NCBI GenBank assembly: GCA_964413645.1
Contig: CAYPSA010000001.1
Span: forward strand, 159,129 to 223,128
Length of the DNA stretch: 64,000 nucleotides
Direction of reading: 5' to 3'
Source of the DNA: an uncultured Gammaproteobacteria bacterium
GTDB lineage: Bacteria; Patescibacteriota; Microgenomatia; UBA1406; HO2-37-13b
Part shown: positions 18,139 through 33,766 of the stretch, in pieces
Layout: every line of letters starts with the position of its first letter
Position numbering within the stretch: position 1 is the stretch's first letter
Program-made: the position numbers and the translations under genes
The notes under the pieces: generated by a model
The model's input: only the letters and a program-made list of their open reading frames with translations
Database searches by the model: none
What the model was told of the DNA's origin: nothing

Positions 18139-21100
18139 ATGTCGTTTACCCATTTACATGTTCACTCCGAATATTCATTGCTCGATGGACTCACTAAAAT
18201 TGACAAACTCGTTGAAGCTGCCAAAGAACAAGGTAGTAGCGCAATTGCTCTTACCGATCATGGAGCAATGTATGGAGCATTTCGATTCTATAAATCTGCA
18301 AAAGCGGCTGGAATTAAGCCAATTATAGGGGTAGAAGCGTATAAGGCAAAAAAAAGCAGATTCGATCAAGCGGGTACCGAGCGTGACCAACATCACCTCC
18401 TTCTTCTGGCAAAAGATAATACTGGCTACAAAAATTTAATGAAGCTTGTTACAAAAGCGCACCTTGAAGGGTATTACTATAAACCTCGCATGGATTTTGA
18501 GATTCTTAAAGAACATTCAGAAGGGATTATCGCAACATCTGGTTGTCTGAATGCCGATATTCCCTCGCTTATTCGCAATGATCAAATAGAAGAAGCCGAG
18601 GACGTTTTAAAGCAGTATTTAGATGTCTTCAAAGATAATTTTTACATTGAGTTGCAGCGATACAGAAACATAGATGATTTAGACCGGGTCAACAAAAAGT
18701 TGCTTGAATTTTCTCGAAAATTCGGTGTTCCTTTAATAGCAACAAATGATGTTCATTATCTAAAACCCGAAGATGCATATGCTCAGGAAGTTCTTCTTTG
18801 TATCCAGACACAGCACAATATGCATGAAAAGAATAGGCCGATGTCTATGCTTGAAACTCCTGAATTTTACTTAAGAACTCCCGATGAAATGAAAACGTTG
18901 TTTTCAGATCTTCCGGAAGCAATTGAAAACACGAATAAGATAGCTGACGTGTGTAATGTAGAAATTCCATCAGGTACGTGGATTGTTCCAAACTACCCAT
19001 TGCCTGAAAATAGGAATTCCTCAGAACATCTTATGGACCTAATACTAGAACGAGCACCAGCTCGAAACCTCGATGCGAATGATCCGGTAATTAGAAAAAG
19101 GATTGATTATGAATTTGATGTTATTTCAACAAAAGGGTACGCAACATATTTTCTTATTGTTGCAGATTTTGTTAACTGGTCGAAAGATCAAGGAATTGCT
19201 GTTGGACCTGGCCGAGGATCAGTGGCAGGGTCAATTATTAGTTATATTCTGCGTATTACCGATATCAATCCACTAGATTACAACCTCCCGTTTGAACGTT
19301 TCTTAACGATGGATCGACCGACACCTCCTGATATTGATATTGATTTTGCCGATACACGACGCGATGAAGTGCTTGCCTACGTTACCCAGAAATATGGCAA
19401 AGAAAAAGTCGCTCAAATTATTACTTTTGGACGAATGGAGGCACGAATGGCAGTGCGTGACACTGCTCGCGCCTTGGGTCACACATACTCACAGGGTGAT
19501 CGAATTGCTAAAATGATTCCTCTTGGAAAACAGGGATTTGCAATGACTATTGATCGTGCGCTCGACGAGAACCCCGTACTTAAAATTGCATATACAACCG
19601 AGGAAGAAACTAAAAAAGTTCTCGATATCGCGCGGAAAGTAGAAAGTATGGCTCGACACTCATCTGTTCATGCGGCTGGCGTAGTTATTGCTGATAAGGA
19701 TCTAACAGAGTATGTGCCGCTTCAGCGTGAATCTAAAGGAGATCGAATAATTACTCAGTATGACATGTATTGTTTAGATCTAAATGCCGTTTCCGATGGT
19801 CAAGCAGTTGGACTAATGAAAATGGACTTTTTGGGTCTACGAAATCTGACCATTTTGGAAAACGCAATCAAGTTCGTGCAAGAAACGACTGGAAATAAAA
19901 TAGATATCCATACAATCTCGCTTGAAGACAAGAAAACATATGAGCTCATGGCTAAAGGTCAAACTATTGGAGTATTTCAACTTGAATCGAGTGGCATGAG
20001 AAAGCTTGCTAAAGAACTTGCACCTAATAAGATGACCGATATTTCAGCTATGGTGGCTCTATATCGCCCCGGACCTATGGATCTTATTCCTAGTTTTTTG
20101 GCGGGAAAGAAGAATCCAGGCAAAATACGATACTTACATCCCGCACTCAAACCGATTCTAGAAGAAACTTATGGAATTCTCGTGTACCAAGAACAGGTCA
20201 TGGAAATAGCTCATCGACTTGCTAGTTTTACACTCTCAGAAGCTGATACATTCCGTATGGCTATTGGAAAGAAAAAGAAAGCGCTTATGAAAATTAGTGA
20301 AGCGAAATTTCGCGAAGGCGCACATAAAAATGGATACTCCAAGGATGTTGTCGATAAAATTTATGGATTTATCGAGAAATTTGCTTCATACGGTTTTAAC
20401 AAAGCACACTCAGCTTCATACGCACTTATTGCTTATTGGACGGGGTACATGAAGGCAAATTATCCCGTAGAGTATATGACGGCATTGCTTTCAGCGGAGT
20501 TGCATGGGTCAGCCGGATCTATTCGCGAGCTAAAAATGTTTCAGGCTATTGAAGAATGTCGCATATTAGACATCACTGTCTTGCCTCCAGATATTAATAA
20601 ATCATTTAATGATTTCTCAATTGAAGATGGTGTTATTCGATTCGGCCTTTCCGCAATTAAAAATGTTGGCGCATCAGCCATCGAATCGATTATTTCTTCA
20701 AGGGCTCAAGGACCATTCACAAGTCTTAAGGATTTGCTAACCCGTATCGACACTCGACGGGTGAATAAAAAAACGGTAGAAAGTCTTATTAAGGCAGGAG
20801 CACTCGATGCATTTGGTGACAGACTTGCCGTGCTAACCTATTATCCCGTCGTTTTGGAAGAAGTTGGTCGTTCTAAAAAAGACACACAACTTGGTCAGTT
20901 CACGCTCTTTGCATCTTCAAATGACAGTAGCTTGCTCGATGATTTGGATACGACTCTAGTTGCCACTACGAGTGATTTGCTAAGCATGGAACGGGAAGTC
21001 TTAGGTTTTTCGATTGATAAAAACCCGCTCGCACAATTTGAAGCAATTATTACGCGCAAAGTTACCAAAAAGATAGGAGAAATTACCATAGAAGATGTCG

Positions 21101-21372
21101 GACAAACATTCATTATGGCAGGAAATGTGGGTCGAGTAAAAAATGTTATAACAAAGAAAAATAATAGTAAAATGGCGTTTGCTTCAGTATTCGATGAAAC
21201 AGGTGCCATTGAGACAATAGTTTTTCCCAAGACTTTTGACTCAACAAAAGATATTTGGTCAGCAAATACTGCAATTTTGTTCAAGGGCAAAATCGATTCC
21301 AAAGATGATGAGATTACCGTTATAATTGAAAATGCAGTTGATCTCGACAAATATTCCAAAAACAATGAGTAA
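18139..21372 (+). CDS. dnaE: DNA polymerase III alpha subunit
   Basis: FTHLHVHSEYSLLDG, GPGRGSVAGS, PDIDIDF, KMDFLGL, YGFNKAHS, C-terminal OB fold; start ATG 18139. Confidence 0.97.
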   Translation: MSFTHLHVHSEYSLLDGLTKIDKLVEAAKEQGSSAIALTDHGAMYGAFRFYKSAKAAGIKPIIGVEAYKAKKSRFDQAGTERDQHHLLLLAKDNTGYKNLMKLVTKAHLEGYYYKPRMDFEILKEHSEGIIATSGCLNADIPSLIRNDQIEEAEDVLKQYLDVFKDNFYIELQRYRNIDDLDRVNKKLLEFSRKFGVPLIATNDVHYLKPEDAYAQEVLLCIQTQHNMHEKNRPMSMLETPEFYLRTPDEMKTLFSDLPEAIENTNKIADVCNVEIPSGTWIVPNYPLPENRNSSEHLMDLILERAPARNLDANDPVIRKRIDYEFDVISTKGYATYFLIVADFVNWSKDQGIAVGPGRGSVAGSIISYILRITDINPLDYNLPFERFLTMDRPTPPDIDIDFADTRRDEVLAYVTQKYGKEKVAQIITFGRMEARMAVRDTARALGHTYSQGDRIAKMIPLGKQGFAMTIDRALDENPVLKIAYTTEEETKKVLDIARKVESMARHSSVHAAGVVIADKDLTEYVPLQRESKGDRIITQYDMYCLDLNAVSDGQAVGLMKMDFLGLRNLTILENAIKFVQETTGNKIDIHTISLEDKKTYELMAKGQTIGVFQLESSGMRKLAKELAPNKMTDISAMVALYRPGPMDLIPSFLAGKKNPGKIRYLHPALKPILEETYGILVYQEQVMEIAHRLASFTLSEADTFRMAIGKKKKALMKISEAKFREGAHKNGYSKDVVDKIYGFIEKFASYGFNKAHSASYALIAYWTGYMKANYPVEYMTALLSAELHGSAGSIRELKMFQAIEECRILDITVLPPDINKSFNDFSIEDGVIRFGLSAIKNVGASAIESIISSRAQGPFTSLKDLLTRIDTRRVNKKTVESLIKAGALDAFGDRLAVLTYYPVVLEEVGRSKKDTQLGQFTLFASSNDSSLLDDLDTTLVATTSDLLSMEREVLGFSIDKNPLAQFEAIITRKVTKKIGEITIEDVGQTFIMAGNVGRVKNVITKKNNSKMAFASVFDETGAIETIVFPKTFDSTKDIWSANTAILFKGKIDSKDDEITVIIENAVDLDKYSKNNE

Positions 21373-21556
21373 TTTAGTGCTTGCCAAATCCCTGAATATC
21401 GGTTATTATTTACTTACTCCACTTTTAGTTGGAGTTTTTTTGGGTATAGCTCTTGATAAAATATTCCAAACAAAAGGAATATTTGTAATTTCCCTCATTG
21501 TATTAGGAGCAATTAGCAGCTTTTACAACTTGTATAAATTAACTAAAGAATCGTAA
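21365..21556 (+). CDS. AtpZ/AtpI-family small membrane protein
   Basis: Two TM helices with 'GVFLGIALDKIF'; first gene of the atp operon. Confidence 0.8.
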   Translation: MSNLVLAKSLNIGYYLLTPLLVGVFLGIALDKIFQTKGIFVISLIVLGAISSFYNLYKLTKES

Positions 21557-22290
21557 TGCTACATATTAGTATAAAACCGGAAGTCCTTACGCATATATTT
21601 GGTATCGACATAACGAACTCGCTCGTTACTTCATTATTACTTACCGTATTGTTCATATTTACCTCTTTCCTGTTTAAATACAAATCTAGTGATTCTAATT
21701 CAAAATTCGCTTTTTTCATTCGATTTGTATTGCTTAAAATCTATGGATTATTTGAATCAATTCTTAAAGAAAAGGCAGTTGTCTTTTTTCCTCTATTAGG
21801 CGCATTTTTCTTATATATATTACTTTCAAACTGGATAGGACTTGTTCCAGGAGTTGGAAGTATTCTTATTGATGTTATGCATGAAGGTCATGTTGTGCAT
21901 GTGCCTCTGTTGCGAGCCGCAACAGCAGATTTAAACACAACTATTGCTCTTGCATTAATTTCCGTTGTACTTATTCAGGCATATGGTATAAAATATCTAG
22001 GTATCAAGAAGTATATTGGTAAATTTATTACCTTTAGTAGTCCCATTGCTTTTTTCTTGGGAATTCTTGAAATAGTTTCGGAATTCTCAAAAGTCCTTTC
22101 ATTTGCATTTCGACTTTTTGGTAATATTTTTGCGGGTGAAGTACTTATTGCAGTAGTATCGTTCTTGATTCCAGTACTAGCATCATTTCCGTTCTTGATG
22201 CTAGAAATATTTGTAGGACTTGTTCAAGCACTGGTTTTTTCACTATTAAGTGCAGTGTTCCTTAACATGTCAACAGAAAGTCATCATTGA
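21556..22290 (+). CDS. atpB: ATP synthase Fo subunit a
   Basis: TADLNTT, SFAFRLFGNIFAGE, VQALVF. Confidence 0.96.
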   Translation: MLHISIKPEVLTHIFGIDITNSLVTSLLLTVLFIFTSFLFKYKSSDSNSKFAFFIRFVLLKIYGLFESILKEKAVVFFPLLGAFFLYILLSNWIGLVPGVGSILIDVMHEGHVVHVPLLRAATADLNTTIALALISVVLIQAYGIKYLGIKKYIGKFITFSSPIAFFLGILEIVSEFSKVLSFAFRLFGNIFAGEVLIAVVSFLIPVLASFPFLMLEIFVGLVQALVFSLLSAVFLNMSTESHH

Positions 22291-22315
22291 TTATTATAAA
22301 TTTACATAAATATAT

Positions 22316-22543
22316 ATGGATGCAGATAGTGCAAAATTAATTGGAACTGCGTTAGCAATTGGTCTTGGTGCCCTTGGCCCAGGAATTGGTATTGGTCTTA
22401 TTGGAGCCGGTGCAATGAATGCATTGGGTAGAAATCCAGAAGCTGAAGGTCAAGTTAGAACTGCTATGATTTTGGCAATCGCATTTGCTGAAGCAGTTGC
22501 TATTTACGCATTGGTTATCGCGCTTATTATTAAATTTACATAA
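22316..22543 (+). CDS. atpE: ATP synthase Fo subunit c
   Basis: GxGxGxG, GRNPE loop, conserved Glu in FAEAVAIY. Confidence 0.97.
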   Translation: MDADSAKLIGTALAIGLGALGPGIGIGLIGAGAMNALGRNPEAEGQVRTAMILAIAFAEAVAIYALVIALIIKFT

Positions 22544-22548
22544 ATTAC

Positions 22549-23043
22549 ATGGAAGCTTTAGGCATTGATCCAAAACTACTTTTAGCGCAAATGGTTAATT
22601 TCGGTATATTTTTTGTTCTTTTTAAGAAATTCATGGCAAAACCGCTCATGGATTTTATTAAAAAGAACCATGATATTGAGAAAGAACGCGAGCGACTAGC
22701 GCAAAAAGCGCTTGCTGATGAAGAAAAGAATGCTGCAAAAGTCGAAGAGGCTCTTTCAAAAGCGCGTCAAGAAGCTGCGGAGATCGTTAACGATGCTAAG
22801 ACAACTGCCAAGAAAGTAGAAGAACAACTCCTTAAAAAAGCACAAGATGATGTGGTGGCTATGAAAGCGAAAGCTGCTACTCAGCTTGAACAAGATAAAA
22901 AAGAACTGCTTGCTCAAGAGCATGATGCAGTAGTAAAGGCAAGTAGTTCCTTGGTAAAAGCAGTATTAGCCGATGTTCTTGATAAAAAATCACAGGAACA
23001 GATTATGGATGCATTTCTCAAAAAAGCAAAATCAGTTAATTAA
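22549..23043 (+). CDS. atpF: ATP synthase Fo subunit b
   Basis: AQMVNF + TM, coiled coil ARQEAAEIV; operon position. Confidence 0.93.
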   Translation: MEALGIDPKLLLAQMVNFGIFFVLFKKFMAKPLMDFIKKNHDIEKERERLAQKALADEEKNAAKVEEALSKARQEAAEIVNDAKTTAKKVEEQLLKKAQDDVVAMKAKAATQLEQDKKELLAQEHDAVVKASSSLVKAVLADVLDKKSQEQIMDAFLKKAKSVN

Positions 23044-23051
23044 CAGTCATC

Positions 23052-23327
23052 ATGGAACTTACACCAGCATTAAGGCTAAAACTAAAATCACTGATATCTG
23101 AAAAAGTACGGGAACTAGCTGATCAGCAGATTGTAATAACATCTGCGGTCGCGCTTTCAGATTCACAAAAGAAAGATTTTGTGGCAGCGTTTCCAAAACT
23201 AAAAGGGGCATCTGTAACATACAAACAAGACAATGCTCTTATAGCCGGATTTGTTATCGAATTTGGATCATCGGTTATCGATGCTTCCTTGGCATCACAA
23301 ATTGATGCAACACTAAAAATAAACTAA
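23052..23327 (+). CDS. atpH: ATP synthase delta subunit (short, C-terminal domain only)
   Basis: ITSAVAL...D.ALIAGFVIEFGSSVIDASL; operon position. Confidence 0.85.
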   Translation: MELTPALRLKLKSLISEKVRELADQQIVITSAVALSDSQKKDFVAAFPKLKGASVTYKQDNALIAGFVIEFGSSVIDASLASQIDATLKIN

Positions 23328-23329
23328 TT

Positions 23330-24832
23330 ATGAATATCGCCGATCAAATAATCGCTGAAATTGAAGCTTCTGCAAAAAAGAAACCCGCACTAACGGCTTC
23401 AAATGTTGGAATCGTTGCACAGGTAAAAGACGAAGTTGTATTCATTGAAGGTATGAGCGGTGTTGGATACGGAGAAACACTCGTATTTAAGAATGGAGCA
23501 ACTGGAATCGTGATTGATTTGCTTGAAGATGGTGTCGGAGCAATTGTTTTCGGTGACTACATCTCAATCTCACAAGGCGAAACCGTTAAAGCAACCGGTG
23601 AAGTATTAAGCATTCCTGTTTCAGAAAATTATATTGGTCGCGTGGTGGATGGTGTCGGGAATCCTATCGACGGTAAAGGTCCTATCGCTTCTAAAAAAAT
23701 GTATCCAGTCGAAAAAGTTGCCCCAGGAATTATTTATCGAAAATCAGTTTCAGAACCAGTCCAAACAGGAATTAAAGCGGTTGACGCACTTGTTCCAATT
23801 GGACGAGGACAACGAGAACTTATTATTGGTGACCGAGGAACCGGAAAGAGTACGATTGCAATCGATGCGATTTTGAATCAGAAAAACGAGAACATGATAT
23901 GTATCTATAACATTATCGGTCAAAAGCGATCAAATACGGCGACAATTATTGAACTTTTACGCTCTAAAGGAGCGTTGGACTACACCATTGTAGTTGCTGC
24001 AACAGCAAGTGATCCTGCAGCTATGCAGTACATTGCTCCATATTCAGCTACCGCAATTGCAGAATACTTTTTAGATCAAGGAAAAGATGTGCTTATTGTG
24101 TATGATGATTTAACTAAACATGCTTGGGCGTATCGACAAATTTCACTTATTTTGCGTCGTCCAGCAGGTCGCGAAGCATATCCAGGAGACGTTTTCTACT
24201 TACATTCAAGACTTTTGGAAAGAGCATGTAAAATTGACACAAAATACGGCGGAGGCTCTATTACTGCACTTCCTATTATTCAAACACTTGAAGGCGACGT
24301 TTCAGCCTACATTCCAACAAACGTCATTTCAATTACTGACGGTCAAATTTTCTTGGAATCAGATCTTTTCAATGCGGGAATTCGACCAGCCATTAACGTT
24401 GGAGTCTCTGTTTCACGTGTTGGAAGCTCAGCTCAAACCAAAGCTATGAAACAAGTTGCGGGAAAGCTTAAAAATGACTTGGCACAATATCGTGAACTAG
24501 CCGCTTTTGCACAATTTGAGTCTGAACTGGATGAAAAAACCAAGAAGTTTATTGATCGTGGAGCTCGTATGACACAACTGTTACGACAAAATAAGAATGT
24601 ACCTTTGTCATTAGCTTCTCAAGTGACACTTCTTTGGGCTGGAGCAAACGGCTACTTAGATACAATTCCAACCAAAGAAATTCAAAAATTTGAAGCTGCA
24701 TACGTGGAATTTATGCAAGCAAGCCATGCAGATTTACTTAAGAAGATTGATACAGACAAAAAAATTGATGATAAAAGTGAGGAAGAATTGAAAAAGATTG
24801 TCGAAAAATACCTAAAAACAGTTAGTAAGTAA
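23330..24832 (+). CDS. atpA: ATP synthase F1 alpha
   Basis: GRGQRELIIGDRGTGKS, GREAYPGDVFYLHSRLLER. Confidence 0.98.
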   Translation: MNIADQIIAEIEASAKKKPALTASNVGIVAQVKDEVVFIEGMSGVGYGETLVFKNGATGIVIDLLEDGVGAIVFGDYISISQGETVKATGEVLSIPVSENYIGRVVDGVGNPIDGKGPIASKKMYPVEKVAPGIIYRKSVSEPVQTGIKAVDALVPIGRGQRELIIGDRGTGKSTIAIDAILNQKNENMICIYNIIGQKRSNTATIIELLRSKGALDYTIVVAATASDPAAMQYIAPYSATAIAEYFLDQGKDVLIVYDDLTKHAWAYRQISLILRRPAGREAYPGDVFYLHSRLLERACKIDTKYGGGSITALPIIQTLEGDVSAYIPTNVISITDGQIFLESDLFNAGIRPAINVGVSVSRVGSSAQTKAMKQVAGKLKNDLAQYRELAAFAQFESELDEKTKKFIDRGARMTQLLRQNKNVPLSLASQVTLLWAGANGYLDTIPTKEIQKFEAAYVEFMQASHADLLKKIDTDKKIDDKSEEELKKIVEKYLKTVSK

Positions 24833-24840
24833 AATACCAA

Positions 24841-24910
24841 GTCATCCTGAGCGACCGAAGGGAGTCGAAGGATCCCAAACAAGGAGATGTTGAAACAAGT
24901 TCAACATGAC
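24841..24910. repeat. GTCAT-tagged repeat pair between atpA and atpG
   Basis: gtcatcctgag-cgaccgaagggagt-cgaaggatccc followed by inverted arm gatgttgaaacaagttcaacatgac. Confidence 0.85.
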
Positions 24911-24923
24911 TAAATGAAAACAT

Positions 24924-27162
<2,239 letters not shown>

Positions 27163-27164
27163 TT

Positions 27165-27212
27165 GTCATTCTGAATGACGGTCATGTCATTCTGAGCGTA
27201 AACGAGAAGCTC
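27165..27212. repeat. GTCAT-tagged repeat remnants between atpD and atpC
   Basis: gtcattc-t-gaatgac hairpin at 27165 and gtcattctgagcg at 27186. Confidence 0.75.
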
Positions 27213-27227
27213 GGTGTTACATTCCAT

Positions 27228-27635
27228 ATGAACTTACAAATAATCACTCCGCAAAAAATCACGTTTGAGGGAGAAGTAAACTCTATTACCGTTCCATCTG
27301 CTTCCGGGGAGATAACTATCCTTAAAAATCACGAGGCTCTTTTTGCCATGCTTAATGCGGGAATAATTAAGATCGCAAAATCCGCAGGTGATGAATTTTT
27401 AGCCATCGGAGGTGGATATTTAGAAACGAATAAAGAAAAAACTACACTCATCGTGTCTCGTGCATATGGCCAAGATGAAATTGACGCGGGGGAAATTAAG
27501 CGAGCACAGGAAGATGCAGAAAAAAATCTTAAAACCGCTGTTACAGATGCTGAACGTCAGGAGGCTCTTGAACTCTTCCGCCGATCAGCAATTGATGCAA
27601 AATTACTCTCAAAAGTCTCCCGTAAGAAGCACTAG
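27228..27635 (+). CDS. atpC: ATP synthase F1 epsilon
   Basis: LQIITP, GEITILKNH, GGYLE, C-terminal helices. Confidence 0.94.
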   Translation: MNLQIITPQKITFEGEVNSITVPSASGEITILKNHEALFAMLNAGIIKIAKSAGDEFLAIGGGYLETNKEKTTLIVSRAYGQDEIDAGEIKRAQEDAEKNLKTAVTDAERQEALELFRRSAIDAKLLSKVSRKKH

Positions 27636-27654
27636 ATTCTTCTCTACAATCCCA

Positions 27655-27683
27655 TTGACACATGCGTACTTGTTTGGTATCAT
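27655..27683 (+). promoter_or_regulatory. Sigma70 promoter for the tRNA-Ala/23S unit
   Basis: TTGACA-17 nt-TATCAT with TG extension. Confidence 0.8.
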
Positions 27684-27827
27684 ACTTCTAATGAATATGC
27701 TCAATAAGCATTTGGTATAAGGCACTATTGGCGATCACAATTCGATCTCCCAAACAGCCTTCAAAAAAGCATATCTTTGGACGTTTTGCTGTTTAACGGG
27801 TAATCCAAGGATAAAAGTTAGAATTCT

Positions 27828-27903
27828 GGGCCCATGGCGCAATTGGTAGCGCACCTCGTTTGCAACGAGGGGGTTAGGAGTTCGAATCTCCTTGGGTCCA
27901 CCA
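27828..27903 (+). tRNA. tRNA-Ala(TGC)
   Basis: GGGCCCA/TGGGTCC stem with G3:U70, anticodon TGC, encoded CCA. Confidence 0.97.
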
Positions 27904-27986
27904 ATTTAGGGGTAAGGAAGTAGTAATCACCCAGAAGGTGATTGCCAGTTCCTAACTTCTAAGTTTGTAAAAAGTCGCACATTAAC

Positions 27987-30978
<2,992 letters not shown>

Positions 30979-31002
30979 ATTACTGTGAGGCTAAACTCAC
31001 TT

Positions 31003-31072
31003 GTCATCCTGAGTGATCCGCCCACTGGCGGAGATCGAAGAATCTCAGTAATCCGTTATCCTGAACTTGTTT
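31003..31072. repeat. GTCAT-tagged repeat upstream of topA
   Basis: gtcatcctgag-tgatccgcccactggcggagat-cgaagaatctc plus partial gttatcctgaacttgttt. Confidence 0.85.
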
Positions 31073-31089
31073 ACTGCTATAATTACACA

Positions 31090-33129
31090 ATGCAACTAAT
31101 TATCGTCGAGTCGCCCACTAAGGCTAAAACATTTGGAAAATTTTTGGACAGCAAAAAATTCCGCGTGGAAGCTACCATGGGCCATATTCGCGATTTACCC
31201 GAAAGCAAGCTCGGTGTAGATACTAAGAATAATTTCAAGCCTGACTATGTAGTCTCAACTAAAAAGAAAAAGGTTGTTACTGATATAAAGGCATTAGCAA
31301 AAAAAGCAGACACTATTATTCTTGCAACGGACGCAGATCGTGAAGGAGAAGCTATTTCATACCACATTGCCTATGTTTTGGGCCTTATCGATGAAAATTG
31401 GCCTAAAATTTCCTTTAAAAAAAATGTAAAAGTAAAGCGCATTGTTTTCCATGAAATTACCCGAGAAGCACTTGAAGAAGCGCTTAAAACACCCGGCGAG
31501 CTTAATATGTCTCTTATCGACTCTCAACAAGCTCGACGCATTCTCGATCGTTTGGTAGGTTACAAGGTTTCTCCAATTCTATGGAAGAAAATTGGCAAAC
31601 GGTGGCTTTCTGCCGGAAGAGTGCAAACGGTTGCGCTCCGCTTCATCGTTGAACGTGAGAAAGAAATCGAGAAATTTACTTCGGAACCGTTCTTTAAAGT
31701 AACCGGATTGTTCTCCGACAAGAGCGTAAAAAAAGAAATTGAGGCTCGGCTTGTTTCCAAAGATGGCATTGCGTACGAGAAAAAATATACTATTCACCTA
31801 TTTGATGGAAATTATACTTACACAAAAACAGATATTTACGAAAAGGACGTTCCGATAATCAAGCAGGACCTTGAAGGAGGTGCTTTTACGATTAATGACG
31901 TGGTTGAAAAAGTCTCGAAACGCTCTCCGTTGCCACCTTTCATTACGTCTACGCTTCAGCAAGAAGCTGCACAGAAACTCGGATACTCTTCTAAGAACAC
32001 CATGAGAGTTGCACAACAACTTTATGAGCATGGGTTAATTACGTATCACCGAACTGACTCGGTCACACTCTCAAGCAAGTTTCTTACAGAGGCGACTTCC
32101 TACATTCAAAAAACGTATGGTGCTGAATATACACTACCAACGCCTCGATCATTTACTGCTAAATCCAAACTTGCCCAAGAGGCCCACGAAGCAATTCGAC
32201 CCACCAAACTCAATCCTACGCTGGTTGAAGAAGGCGCCATAACATCTGGGCATAAAAAACTCTATGACCTTATTTTTAAACGTGCAGTTGCCAGCCAAAT
32301 GAAAGAAGCTCAAATTCGAAACACTAAAATTGAGATCATGAGCGATAAAAAATATCTGTTTCAATCGAATTTTGACACAATTGTCTTTGATGGATTTTTA
32401 GCACTTTATGAGCGAAAAGATGCTAAGGACAATTTTTTGCCAAAAAAAGGTGATGCAATTGATCTAGATAAACTAGATTTTCTAGAAACGCAAACCACGC
32501 CTCCTCCACGTTATAACGAAGCATCTCTCATCAAGACACTCGAGGCGCGAGGTATCGGTCGCCCATCAACTTACGCTCCTACAATCTCAACTATTCAAGA
32601 CAGGCTTTATGTAGAAAAAAGAGAAGGTAGGTTCTATCCTACAATTTTAGGAACGACTGTCTGCGATTATCTTTCTAAGGCTTTTGCCAGCATATTTGAA
32701 ATCGACTTTACTGCTAATTTAGAAAACAAACTTGATGAAATTGCCCATAAAAAGGCAGATATGATTCAGGTATTGTCGGACTTTAATAAGCCATTTGAAA
32801 TATCACTCGATGAAGCAGCTGCTGATAAGTCATTTATTGATGTGCAAGAAAAAACCGATGAGACATGCCCCACTTGTGGTAAAAACTTAGTCGTTCGCTT
32901 TTCTAAATTCGGAAAATTTTACGCATGTTCAGGATTTCCTGATTGTAAATTTACCAAAGCCTTTTATGAAACGGTTAAAGAAGTTTGTCCAAAATGCGCT
33001 GGAGCAATTGTAATTCGCTACACAAAGCGCAAAAAGAAGTTTTATGGATGCTCAAATTACCCCAAATGCGACTTTGCCGCATGGAAACTCAACGAGTTTA
33101 AGAAAGCAGAAGTTCCGTCGACTAATTAA
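31090..33129 (+). CDS. topA: DNA topoisomerase I
   Basis: IIVESPTKAK, ATDADREGE, SAGRVQT, ITYHRTD (catalytic Tyr), GIGRPST, two C4 zinc ribbons. Confidence 0.97.
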   Translation: MQLIIVESPTKAKTFGKFLDSKKFRVEATMGHIRDLPESKLGVDTKNNFKPDYVVSTKKKKVVTDIKALAKKADTIILATDADREGEAISYHIAYVLGLIDENWPKISFKKNVKVKRIVFHEITREALEEALKTPGELNMSLIDSQQARRILDRLVGYKVSPILWKKIGKRWLSAGRVQTVALRFIVEREKEIEKFTSEPFFKVTGLFSDKSVKKEIEARLVSKDGIAYEKKYTIHLFDGNYTYTKTDIYEKDVPIIKQDLEGGAFTINDVVEKVSKRSPLPPFITSTLQQEAAQKLGYSSKNTMRVAQQLYEHGLITYHRTDSVTLSSKFLTEATSYIQKTYGAEYTLPTPRSFTAKSKLAQEAHEAIRPTKLNPTLVEEGAITSGHKKLYDLIFKRAVASQMKEAQIRNTKIEIMSDKKYLFQSNFDTIVFDGFLALYERKDAKDNFLPKKGDAIDLDKLDFLETQTTPPPRYNEASLIKTLEARGIGRPSTYAPTISTIQDRLYVEKREGRFYPTILGTTVCDYLSKAFASIFEIDFTANLENKLDEIAHKKADMIQVLSDFNKPFEISLDEAAADKSFIDVQEKTDETCPTCGKNLVVRFSKFGKFYACSGFPDCKFTKAFYETVKEVCPKCAGAIVIRYTKRKKKFYGCSNYPKCDFAAWKLNEFKKAEVPSTN

Positions 33130-33238
33130 GTAAGTGCCGATATTGAGACTATTTCATAAGCATAATTAGAGAACGCTTTTATACCTATCTAAATCTGCCA
33201 CGCTAGATTAATTAATATACATATGAGATCATTAATAA

Positions 33239-33715
33239 ATGAAAAGTAGCTTGATTAACACTTTTAGATTCTTAATAATCTCAATTTTATATTTGAGTGG
33301 AGTATATTCATGGTTCTTCAATAATTCCCCTTCCACATTTTCGTTACATGTAATAGTTTTCGAGTTAGTGATATTTAGTACGATATTGTTCATCCTGTTT
33401 TTATCGCTAAAAATATCATCGCATGTACAAAGTCCAATACCTGCTTCATCGACTCAAAAAGACTTTCTAATCGCGATTAGTGCGGGTCATAATTTTGTTT
33501 TTGCACTTATGGTATTGTCTACTCAAATGTGGACACCTATTTTACCTTTGTACGTAATTATTGCGTATATTTTTAGTCTAATTTTCATGACACTAATTTA
33601 TAAAAATATGTACACTAATGTAGGAATCGGGGAAGTTACTATTAAAGGGCTTGGTATTTCTGTCATAGTTATGATTATATTTTACCTTTTTTTCTTTGCT
33701 CGCGCTTCTCTCTAA
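33239..33715 (+). CDS. Hypothetical membrane protein (about 5 TM)
   Basis: 158-aa hydrophobic ORF filling the intergenic space; AT-rich. Confidence 0.6.
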   Translation: MKSSLINTFRFLIISILYLSGVYSWFFNNSPSTFSLHVIVFELVIFSTILFILFLSLKISSHVQSPIPASSTQKDFLIAISAGHNFVFALMVLSTQMWTPILPLYVIIAYIFSLIFMTLIYKNMYTNVGIGEVTIKGLGISVIVMIIFYLFFFARASL

Positions 33716-33766
33716 AAAATTTGAGATTGTAATTTTGATTATCCCACTGTAGAATGTAATTCCGTA

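Noticed and set aside
18139-21372. Intein in dnaE
   Set aside because: Length and motif order are those of an uninterrupted DnaE; no intein-like insertion seen
22316-22543. Na+-coupled ATP synthase
   Set aside because: The c subunit lacks the Gln and the Ser/Thr after Glu of the Na+ signature (it has PGIGI and EA), consistent with H+ coupling
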